A program made the position numbers and the translations under genes. A DNA stretch of 64,000 nucleotides from Octopus sinensis. Its lineage: Eukaryota. Positions 12,901-24,481 of the stretch are shown here, in pieces; position 1 is the stretch's first letter; every line of letters begins with the position of its first letter. The notes under the pieces were generated by a model. The model had not been told where the DNA came from and ran no database searches. It worked only from the letters and a program-made list of their open reading frames with translations. The DNA lies in contig NC_043010.1 of NCBI RefSeq assembly GCF_006345805.1, forward strand, positions 2,046,001-2,110,000, given 5' to 3'.

Positions 12901-13869
12901 TTGTTGTTATTGAGTAGCTTTTTTATTTTTTCTCCCAACACCCACCCAACCCACTGAACCCCCCCCCCCCCCCAAATGCATAGCTTCCTTCTTCCTATGC
13001 ATTGATCAATAGCACAGAGGTTAGTTGCCGATTTTTAAGAAATTCTTCAACCACTGAAAACTAGCCACAGTCATTCTGTCTTCATTGTGGAAAAATGCTT
13101 GTTTTAAGATTTCGAATGAATGGAGTGGGGAACTTCCTTTGCATTTCTTTTTTGTTTCTTTTGTTTTATTTTGATTTTAAGGAAGGAAAGAAGTTTATTG
13201 AGGGACATATTTGTTTGTTGTGATGTGAAAGAGAGAGAGAAGCACAAAGACAGGGAAGCAAAGTGTGGGATAAACACCTGTGCACATACACACACACCCG
13301 GAGTGAGACTCACACACAAAAGAATGAGAGAGAGAAAGAGGAGGAAAGAGAGAGAGAGAGAGAGAAAGTGAGGGCGAGACACACACAGAGAAGAGAGAAA
13401 GAAAAAATGAAAGGGAGAGAGATGTACACTTACAAAGAGAGAGAGAGAGAGAGAGATATACAAAGAGCGTCATTACACCGAGATGGACATATGCGCCAAG
13501 CAAAAAAAAATTGATGTAAGAAGGTGTTAATGAAAGTGGAAGAGGAAGACTTCATGATAAAGAGCTGAGGAGAGAGACTTGTGAATGTGTAGGGTGGAAG
13601 ATAATAAGAGATAAGATGATGTGGGATATGAAACAACTGAACATATCAAAAATTGTAGACCTATCTAACCCACAAATAATATCGAAATGATAAACTTTTT
13701 AAAGAGTTGATGGTAGTTATGGCTATAATGCCAACAATTTCAAGGCGAGAGGCAAGTCAGGTATATTAACAATAGTTTTTCATTGAGTACCAGTTGAACA
13801 CTGGGGTCAAGAAAAATAGACTTTTACCATCCCCTGCAATTGCTGGCTTTGTACCAAAATTTGAAACAA

Positions 13870-13910
<41 letters not shown>

Positions 13911-15526
13911 CCCAATAATCAATCAGTACCTATTCTATAACCCTGAAAGGGTGAAAGGCAAAATTAGCCTTGGCAGAATTTGAACTCAGAATGTATATCA
14001 AAGGACAAAATGCCACTATGTATTTCGGCCAGCACGGTAATGATTCTGCTGGTTCACTGCCTTAACAGAGATAAATATACTTTTTTAACATAGGCCCCCA
14101 AAGTCTCAGATTAAATCAGCATACCCCATCCCCCCACTACTTTACTGATACTTTACTTCATTGACCCTGATGGGATTGGAAGGCAAAGTTGATCTTGGTT
14201 GAAACTTGAACTCAGAATTTTACGGGTCTTGAATAAATGCTACAAGGTATTTTCTCCAATTCTGATGTTCCTGACATATATCACTGACGGAAATGCCATC
14301 CCCGTCACTACCATGATTAATGCTGCCAGTCTCATTATCACCAATATTACTATCATCAATACAGTTCTATGTTTAAGAGATGAGGAATTATGTACATTAT
14401 TTACATTCGACGGATATTTGTCCTCATCTTGTTTGTTGTTAACAACAAACAAGATGAAGACAAATATCCATCAAGTGTAAAGAATGTACTATTTTATTTT
14501 ATTTTATTTTAGCTAGTTTCAGCTCACGAGCTGGGGCCATGCTGGGGCACCATTGTTATAGAAATTTTTGATATGATGTCATGGGTTGGATAGGTCTGTA
14601 GTGTGGTACATTACCGAGGTTTTGGAAATAGAGAGTGTGTGGCTTTTGTCTGAGAACAACGTCTCCTTCATATACACTCATACTCACTCTTTCTCTTTCT
14701 TTCTTTCTCTCTCTCACACAGACACACAGACAATTACGACAACAAAGAAAGAATGACCATGGCTAGAGACACATCGTAGTAAAACACTTTGCTGTTTATT
14801 CTATATAACTTTGCTAAAGCTCAGTCTACTCAAGCTACCAACATCACCACCACCATCACCAGAACAACAACAACAACAGAAACAACAACAATCACAACAA
14901 TAACAACAACTAGAATTTCAGGAAAAAAAAAATATTACCAAATTCAACTCTTCTCATGAAAGTTGCTAATCTGATGATGTTATCAAATGGACGATAAGGA
15001 TGAAGGGGGGGGGGGGCGAACAATATTGTCCATTCTCAATGAGAAAACTGGTTTAAGATTAGTGTAAATAGAGAGGACCAAGGGAGGTAACTTCAGTCTT
15101 GATGTGAATCTGTTTTAAAACACAGGTAATATGAAACGTTCTGTCTCCTCGGGGTTTTCATTGTATAATCCAGTGTGTGGGGTGGAAGTGCTTGAGTCCA
15201 AATGTGTGTGTGTATGTGTCTGTGTGTGTGTGTGTGCGTGGGTGGAAGTCCTTGAGCGTTCATACTATGTTCGTGCATGAATCTGTTTAAGTGAGTAAAA
15301 ATGAGTTCAGAATTTTTTTTTTTATACGTGTATGTGTAACAATACTTGAGTCCATACATATATATATGTGTGTGTGTGTTTGTGGCGATGTATGTATGTA
15401 TGTGTGTATGTATGTATGTATGTGCATGTGTCCATGAAACTGGATGATATTTTTCAGAATTTCACGTGACATAGTGACAATTTTGAAAAGAAAAAAATGT
15501 GATGAATATCATTTATAAATATATTT

Positions 15527-15532
15527 TTTATT
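15527..15532 (-). terminator. Candidate polyadenylation signal for the protocadherin 3' UTR
   Basis: AATAAA on the minus strand is followed about 25 nt downstream by a U-rich tract. Another AATAAA at 16017-16012 lacks such a tract. No transcript evidence. Confidence 0.3.
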
Positions 15533-15832
15533 TTGTTTTGAGGAAATTAACCCCAAATTTCCCACTTTTGCTCTGCATCTTTCTCTTGCACCAACACACA
15601 CACACTCACACTTCTATAATATATATATACACTCACACATTCATATAAGCATACTTAAATCTGATGCACAACTATACACACAAACATGCATCTATATATA
15701 TATATACATATATATATACATACACAGGTATATACAATAATATATATATATCCTATACATGTATATATACACACATACAAACACAATCGCCAAATACACA
15801 GTTGTTTTCTCTCTTTTTTGTCTGTTATTTCA

Positions 15833-15878
<46 letters not shown>

Positions 15879-16085
15879 TCACACACATATAAAGATATAC
15901 TTTGCAAGTTCTTATTCAATGCAGACACACAGACACGCAAAAAATAGCACCTTTTCAATGACAAGTTCAATGAGGACTTTTCTTTCCCCATTTTTTTTCT
16001 TTTCTTTGTGATTTATTATTATTATTTTTTTTTTTTTCTTAACTGGAAATAATTCATTAAGAAGTTCAACGAGGGATGGAACGAC

Positions 16086-16238
16086 TTAATTGATACGGAA
16101 TATACCTGGGAGAGTTTCATAATGCCTACTGCCAGACTCACTCCAGCTGGTTTCGCTGCCTTCCAGGGAAGACAAAGTTGAAATTGTGTTCAGTTGTTCA
16201 GGGGAGATAACCATGCGTTTTTCCTTATTAACTGCAGT
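16086..16238 (-). CDS. Protocadherin downstream exon encoding the distal cytoplasmic tail (TAVNKEKRMVISPEQLNTISTLSSLEGSETSWSESGSRHYETLPGIFRIN*)
   Basis: A strong T/C tract (about 16310-16275) is followed by an AG-free stretch to the first AG (CTGGCAG|ACT at 16238). Phase 0 matches the upstream donor. The peptide is non-repetitive and Ser-rich with a HYETL motif. The stop is TAA at 16088-16086; an internal donor CAG|GTATAT at 16106 is an alternative. Confidence 0.75.
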   Translation of the reverse strand, partial: TAVNKEKRMVISPEQLNTISTLSSLEGSETSWSESGSRHYETLPGIFRIN

Positions 16239-16581
16239 CTGCCAGATTGGATGAGGATGGTCATTCATGGATTGGAAATAAAAAGAGAAGAAAAAGAAAA
16301 CAAAAAAATAATTAGTGGATGAATTATGTTAATATCATAGTAAAATTGTTTGTGTGTATTTACGTATATAAACGCACACGCAAACATAAATAATTTGAGA
16401 AAAATTTGGTAGCTGTATCTTTCAACGTGGGAGAGGCTCTTACATGAATAATATATATATACATGTGTGTGTGTGCTCACAATGAAACGGTTAACAGTGA
16501 ATTCGAAGTTTAAGTGGAAATTTTGAAGTCACAACTCTTAGGTAGTTACTTACGAATTCTAAGTAAGTTAGTGTCAATTTA

Positions 16582-17008
16582 TTGGATCTTTTCGGTTTGA
16601 CCGGCAGTTTTTAACATAATTTCTAGGTAACTAAAAAATTTTAAACTTCGTATACTGGTAGAATGTGTTTATAAAACATCTTTTTCTCTTGGCTTTATTG
16701 AGAAAATTCTATGGTTTGTAAGATATTTGTCGGTTTTTTTTTCTTCAATTTCTGAAATTTCAACCAGTCACTGACGTCTATTGAGGTAAAAACATCCTGT
16801 GCCGTATGAATATGCCCCTCGTTTAAGAAACAGATTGGGTTTATTTACATTTGTGAAGGTAAAAAGATGCCCTTCACCCCATCCCTAACTAACCCTAACC
16901 CTAAAACAGATGGAAATGCAATAGATCGATACTAGGGTGTAAAATTATGGGTGACAATTTCATATGACACCGCTAGAAAAAACTGCCGTTGAAACCGAAA
17001 AGATCCAA
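16582..17008. mobile_element. MITE with ~30-bp terminal inverted repeats
   Basis: TTGGATCTTTTCGGTTTGACCGGCAGTTTTT ... AAAAACTGCCGTTGAAACCGAAAAGATCCAA. Confidence 0.85.
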
Positions 17009-17699
17009 GATTTATTGAACATAATATTTTAAGCCACGAAGGCAGCAAGCTAGCAGAATAGTTACCGCTTTTGGCAAAATGCTTAGCGGCATATCGTCCG
17101 TCTTCGTTTTTCTGAGATCGAATTCCACCCAAGTTGACTTTATCTTTCATCCTTTCGAGGTCGATATAATAAGTTCCAGTTGAGTACTAGAGTCGATGTA
17201 ATCGACTTACATCCGAAACTGGTGACCTTTTACCAAAATTTGAAGCCAATATATAAAGCACTCTCAGATAAGGGCTAAAGGTGATTTTTGAGGCATTTTA
17301 GGTGGATGAATATATGTGCCCTTTATTTCATCAATTACAGTAGTTAATTGAATATATGGAATGTAAAATCTAAGCAAGACACTAGATTTTACCCACCTTC
17401 GCAAATTCTTGAAATTGGTAGAATATTAGAAAGACAATAACAGTTCATTAGAGTTACTTCCCTTATATGACATTTTATAGTTTTACCACTACAAGAGGGA
17501 GTTTTGTTTCTTAATACTGTGGAGAATATCTAACCAAGATGCACTTCTTTTTTTTTTAACTCACTACGTTACATATGTGAGACCCTACAATACTAGAAAA
17601 CCACGTTAGACATAATAAACACCAATTTCATATTGAAGTATATTCTTAGACTGGCCTTTACAAAACCAAATATGCCAGTACAAAAATTATATGTATGTT

Positions 17700-17923
17700 T
17701 CTTTATTGCCCACAAGGGGCTAAATACAGAGGGGACAAACAAGGACAGACAAAGGGATTAAGTCGATTACATCGACCCCAGTGCGAAATTGGTACTTAAT
17801 TTATCGACCCCCAAAAGGATGAAAGGCAAAGTCGACCTAGGCGGAATTTGAACTCAGAACGTAACGACAGACGAAATACCGCTAAGCATTTCGCCCGGCG
17901 CTCTAACGTTTCTGCCAGCTCGC
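17700..17923 (-). mobile_element. SINE family B, full length
   Basis: High similarity to 1576-1808 over the whole length. Confidence 0.85.
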
Positions 17924-19599
17924 CAAAGCGCTCAAATGTATACACGGGCATACAACATCTACCATAATTATCATAAACGAGAGAGAAGAGGTATCGTTAA
18001 AAATCAAGCAGCGAATTACTTGGTATATGACTGCACAGAAAGAATCAATTTTGAAATTGTTTTGTTTTTGCATTGTACAGGGTGAGGCACAATGCACTAA
18101 AGAAAAAGAAAAATGTATGGAAATCGCTAGATAGGAGACGGGGAAGATAGTTGAGAGAAGAAATAGCAGTGTGTGTAGATGTCCTATGTATTTACTCCTC
18201 TTTCAATTTTAGATTCCGGACCTCCTGTGAATCAGTTATGTTTCCCTTCATTTTGTAGTTGATAAAAGGAGAAGCCTTCATATAAACAAGGCTAGTGATT
18301 TCAATTCTTCATCCACCCCACGAAAAATTGTTGCCCAGTCTTCCACCTGTCTCTCTCTACGCTGACAAGTCAGCAAGGGAGAGAACTCTTGCATTTCTTA
18401 ACGTTCCTTCTTAAAACTAATTTTGCCTTAACTTGTGGAAACAGGATTGTATCATCATATATGGTACGATATGCTGTGTGTATGTGTGTGTGTGTGTGTG
18501 TGTGTGTATATTCTTTTACTTGCTTCAGTCATTTGACCGTGGCCTTTGTAAGCCTGGTACTTATTCTATCCGACTCTTTTTGCCGAACCACTAAGTTACG
18601 CGGACGTAATCACACCGACACTAATTGTCAAGCGATGGTGGGGGACAAACATACACACACACACACACGACAGGCTTCTTTCAGTTTCCGTCTACCAAAT
18701 CCACTCACGAGGCTTTGGCTACCTTAGGGTATGGTAGAAGACTCTTGCCCACTGTGCCATGCAATGGGGCTGAACACAGAACCATGTGGTTGGGAACAAA
18801 GCTTCTTACCACACAGCCACGCCTGTACCTATATATATATAATATATATATATATACACACACACACATACACACGTGCATGTCACATGGTTGCAGATAT
18901 GGCTGTGTGGCTGGAAGTTTGCTTCCCAGCCACATGGTTCTGGGTTCAGTCCCACTGTGTGACACCTTGGGCAAGTGTCTTCTACGATAGCCTCAGGCTG
19001 ACCAAAGCCTTGTGGCTAGATTTGGCAGACAGAAACTGAAAGAAGCCCGTCATCATCATCATCATCATCGTTTAACGTCCGTTTTCCGCGCTAGCACGGG
19101 TTGGACGGTTCGACCAGGGTCTGGGGAGCCAGGGGCTGCCCCAGGCTCCAGTCTGATCTGGCAGTGTTTCTACAGCTGGATGCCCTTCCTAACGCCAACC
19201 ACTCCGCGAGTGTAGTGGGTGCTTTTTATGTGCCACCTGCACAGGTGCCAGTAGGGTCTGCCACCGGCCACGATCAGTTGGTGCTTTTTTTTTTTTTTTT
19301 ATATATATGTGTGTGTCTATTTATGTTTGTGTCTGTGCCTGTGTGTATTTCTCACCACTGCTTGACAATTGGTGTTGGCTTATTCACATCTGCATAACTT
19401 AGCAGTTCAGCGAGGGAAACTGACAGAATAAGAGTCAGGTTTAAAAAGGGTACTGGGGTTGGTTCATGCGACTACAATCTCTTGAAGGGCAGTGTCCCAG
19501 AATGGCTACACTCTGACCGAAACAAGTGAAAATACACAGACAAGTACACATGTAGCTGTGCATGTATACTAATGTAGGTGAGAATACATGAATCAATAA

Positions 19600-19850
19600 T
19601 GAAGATGCTGCACATGACAGTTGCAAGACCATGGGTTCGATTTCCAGACCGAGCAGTGCCTTGTGTTCTTGAGTAAAGCATTTCATCTCACATTGCTCTG
19701 TGATCTCTTTGGCATCTGACATGTGGCATACTGTATATCGTACATCTGTGCTGGTGATGTCAGTTTGATGAGGGAGCAAGCTCATGTACAGCACTCATAC
19801 CAGGTCATTATGAATAAATCATCTTTGCCGGTTGTTTAACAAGAAATTAC
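19600..19850 (+). mobile_element. tRNA-derived SINE family D
   Basis: GGGTTCGATTTCCAGACC...GTGTTCTTGAGTAAAGCATTTCATCTCACATTGCTCTG; a related copy lies in reverse at about 42950-43175. Confidence 0.55.
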
Positions 19851-20629
19851 GGAAGCCTTATCTATTGCTTATGAATGGAGAATCAATGACTATTATATTG
19901 GAATATATATAGAGTCATAAATGACAGAGAAATAGCTTTATGACTTTATACACTCCTTATTTTTTACCCTCGTAACATACTATATATTCTATGTTTTGTA
20001 GAATGATACATTTAGGACCTTTTTTCATGAGTACTACCGGATTACTTGAATCCATATATTGTGACACACACACATATATATATATATTTATAATTATGAA
20101 TATAATTATAATTTGGGTTCAGCAAAAAATTTGCTTAACCACATACCGAACTTCAGAAATAGCAGCCAAAACATTTAGCTATTTCTTAAGTTCGGTATGT
20201 GGTTAAGCAAGTTTTTTGCTGAACCCTAATTATAATTATATTCATTATTATAAAAATATATTGTTTAAGTTTACCAAAAATGGTCCTTTTAAGATGCTGA
20301 ATGCTACTTGTGATATTATTAATTACTAATTAATTAATTTTACCCTTTATTATAATTGATTATATATATATATATATATATAATATATATATATTTGCAA
20401 TTGTTATGATGATAGAAAATATGGAGTATGATACATCCTCAAAATTTATTTCCTTTTATTCTACTATGCCACACAGCAAATTTTTATGGTTACAATGACC
20501 AATACAGGTTTCCACTGCATAGAGTATTAGTAGCTGCATCTGCAACTGGGCATAATCTTCTGTGCAGCTTCATTTAGGGATGCAGTGGAAACTTGTGACG
20601 GTTACCATAATCATAAAAATGTATTGTAT

Positions 20630-20920
20630 GACATCTTATAAATAAATGGCAATTTCTGTCTGTCTGTTACCATCTTAATGCCTAAACCAGTGAGCCAATA
20701 TTCATGAAACTTTGCATACATGTTACATTAACATCCAGTCCAATAACAGGCTAATTGGATTTCAATAAAACTCTTTAATGTGCCTCCAGGGGCATTGGGC
20801 AATTTATGATAAAATGAGAAGGTTTCAACAAGTATTAGTTAGAGGTATTAGCAGTGTGAGGGTAACTTGTATCTTTGAAAGTGAGAACAGAGGTGATAAA
20901 TTTTAGACGCCATTTTAAAA
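20630..20920 (+). mobile_element. Diverged Helitron-like 5' fragment
   Basis: CTTATAAATAAATGGCAATTTCTGTCTGTCTG...ATTCATGAAACTTTGCATACATGTT parallels the 5' part of the two Helitron copies. Confidence 0.4.
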
Positions 20921-20938
20921 CTTTTATTTATACATGTA

Positions 20939-20976
<38 letters not shown>

Positions 20977-21389
20977 TAAAGTAAATCCAGAGGGTGGGAC
21001 GACTTGGATCAAAAAAGTCCATGACAAAGATGATGATGATATATATATATTACACTTCTATACTATTATATGTATATATATATATATATAGCTATGTAGA
21101 TGGATATGTAAATGTATAATATAACATTTATATGCGCATGTGTGTGGCAGTATGCATGCATAGCATATATATATATATATACATATATATATATGTTGTG
21201 TGTGTATGAGTGAGAGAGAGAAACACACATAGATATGGGGTATATTTTCAATTAAGCTTATATTTTACACTCTCAGCTTCAACTTAATCTCTTCAGTACT
21301 GTTCATTTGAACTTACATCAAAGTATACATATTAAATTAAGAAGAAGGAATTAAGAAGTTAATATATACAGAGAGAGAGAAAGAGAGAC

Positions 21390-21440
<51 letters not shown>

Positions 21441-21555
21441 GTTAAATCTAATAATATGAAACATTCAAAATTGATGTCTAAATTACTTGAGTTTTGACGC
21501 AGTTCTTCTGAGAATATTAAAATGCAAGAGGGGACACATCTAAAATTTGTGGATG

Positions 21556-21605
<50 letters not shown>

Positions 21606-21734
21606 CACACACACATACATGATTTTATATATATATATTATACATGCATATGTTAATAATTGGCAGAAGCAACAGAGTGACTCAAGGGCTGAGAGTTTCA
21701 TACATTAGCATTCTGTTGCTCCTGATAAATATTT

Positions 21735-21780
<46 letters not shown>

Positions 21781-21954
21781 CACTCATATTCAGAGTTCTA
21801 TTTTTCATGTTTGCATCACCAAACCTATATCTTGATGGAGACAAACACCAAACACTCTCTTAACATGAAGCAAATGATAGCCTTAACCTAAAAAGAATTT
21901 TTATCCGCCAATGGAGTGTTGAGCACTCATAATCATTAATCAATATTATCATAT

Positions 21955-22000
<46 letters not shown>

Positions 22001-23520
22001 TAATATATATAAATGCACCCTTTTAAAGCCTAGCTAAAGGCTATAGTAGAAGACACTCGCCCAAGGTGCCATGCAGTGGGACTGAACCCCAAACCATGCG
22101 GTTGGGAAGCGAACTTCTTACCACACAGCTATTTTTATACATTATTTAAAGTAAATATTTATATGAAATGATAATTATTCATATATAATTTTTTCCATTA
22201 GTTTCAATCAATGGACGATAAGCTATGCAGTAATGGTCATCAAGTGTTTTAAATTCATTATGACAAACCTAACACTGACACATCACAAGTTGGTGTAAAG
22301 GGATGTAACCAGGGCATAAGGGGAAATAACCAGCACTTTACTGATTCTACCATCACCCATTTGATACACACGCACACACACACACACACTTATAAATTCG
22401 GAAATGCACCTGTAAATTTGGAAAATAATTCCCAGCAATGCAGCACTCAATACCCCAAAATTGTAACTTCTACAAATTTTACTCAAATATTAATTTAACC
22501 CTCATTTCATTATGAAAATATTCTTTTATCTAACATTTGACTAGAATTATACACACTCACTCACATATTAATTTAATCACTCAAAATTTCAAGTTTTTAC
22601 TGTATGTATGGCTAATGTGCACATGCCTATATATAAATAAATATATACATAATCAACACAAATGAGAGGGAAAATCACTTTTAATTTTTTCACCTCTCAC
22701 TTCTGGATTATTATTATTATTATTATTTTTATAGGTGGCATTCTGGGCAAAATGCTTTGTGGCGTTTTGTCTATCTTTATATTCTGAGCTCAAATTCTGC
22801 CATGGTCGACTTTGCCTTTCATCCTTTCGGGGTTAATAAACTAAGTACCAGTAAAACACTGGGGGAGTCGATGTAATCTACTAATTCCCTCCACCAAAAT
22901 TTCGGGCCTTGTGCCTATAGTAAGAAAGGATTATTATCATTATTATCATCATCATCATCATAATAATACACTCCACAATTGTGTTTCCTTGATGTTCAGT
23001 CATATAGCCTGCATTCCATTATTTAAAAACTGAGTTACCTGATAGAGAAATTCCCAGCTGACGTGCTAACCATTAGTTCTGTTTGATTCCCTGAATCTGT
23101 TTTTCTATAACGCACACACACACACACACTGCTAAAATTCTTCACAATTTTATTTTTCATTAATCCACTCTGTCTTTCTCTCTGCCTGTCTCTCTCTCTT
23201 GTGCCTTATGTGACCATACACAATCACTAACACCATTGAGGTGTTCAACAAAAACGAAATATAAATGCTAACACACACCATCAAACATATACATACACAC
23301 TCATTACACATACATACACAATGAATGGCTGATGTAAAGCTGATACAGGCTGAGCTCAAATGTGGAATCTAGGTTTCCATTTAAACAGATAATGAGTTAA
23401 ATGTGACATATAATATGGAACTTATAAACAGTAAATCTGTGGGCAGTTAAAGACGATTTTCAGTTGCTGACGAAATCCTAACACAAGTTTGAATCTAGTC
23501 CAGCTGATCGCTCATTTGAT

Positions 23521-23598
<78 letters not shown>

Positions 23599-24039
23599 GC
23601 ACATATGGGCACACAGATAAATGAGATTATTAATTTCCAGCAATACAGAACTCAATGCCCCACAAAAATATAGGGTCAAGTAATTTTGCTCAAATATTGG
23701 ATAAACCATCTCTTTCATTACAAGGTGTGGCTGTGTGGTTAGAAGGCTGCTTCCCAACCACATGGTTCTGGGTTCAGTCCCACTGTGTGATACCTTGGGC
23801 AAGAGTATCCAAAAATAGCTTCAGGCTGACCAAAGCCTTGTGAGTGGATTTGGTAGATGGAGACTGAAAGAAGCCTGTCATCCCCCTTGACAACTGATGC
23901 TGGAACCAAAAATCTGGCTGTCTTCAATAACAATAAATAATACTTTATTCTTCGGGTTCACAGGTAAAATATATACATATATATTACTTAAGGGCGAACT
24001 GGCAGCCAAGTCCACAGGACAGTTTACAAATGTTCACTC

Positions 24040-24270
24040 AGGTGAGTCAAGAGGATATGTTCTCCGTTTCCGCTTCGAAGAGAGCTTCTCTGTGCGTAGG
24101 GTTTTCCCTGAGAGAAGTCTTAGTCACGTCTGCTCATTAAGGCTGCTCTTTCAAAAAGGCAGATTTAACGGAGACACTTTCAGGTTGCAGTTCCTGCGCA
24201 TGCGCATGAGGGAACTTCCAGCGGCCTACCGGAAGTAATCCAATTCTGCGCATGCACACTGAAACTTCCA
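24040..24270. promoter_or_regulatory. CpG-enriched promoter-like module (NRF1 + ETS sites) inside the protocadherin intron
   Basis: Perfect TGCGCATGCGCA at 24195-24206, TGCGCATGCACA at 24247-24258, CCGGAAGT at 24229-24236, ACTTCC at 24214-24219 and 24264-24269, and TGAGTCA at 24043-24049, all in non-repeat sequence. Confidence 0.6.
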
Positions 24271-24481
24271 CAGTAGCATCACTACACTTTTGTCTTTTTT
24301 ATTTTTGGTGTGTTTTCAAATGGCTAATATCTGTCTCTTCTGTGCTGTAATAGTTTGAGTTTCAACCCAAAGTCTCAGCTCAAATCTCTCCCCAGGCAAG
24401 TACATCACTGAAACAAAAGTATGAACGTTTTAAAAACATATATATATATTAAATAAATAAGAATGAACTTACATAAGTTAC

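Noticed and set aside
12685-12957. Poly-Leu ORF (+) and a poly-Asn/Ser frame (-) as a possible third protocadherin exon
   Set aside because: This is a (TTG/CTG)n tract, and I found no convincing in-phase acceptor linking it to the 16106 donor.
16880-16905. CCCTAA repeats resembling telomeric TTAGGG
   Set aside because: Only 2-3 units, internal to a MITE.
23897-24238. 113-aa plus-strand ORF over the NRF1/ETS module
   Set aside because: It begins in a SINE remnant at a non-ATG start and has no recognisable domain. The DNA motifs explain the region better.
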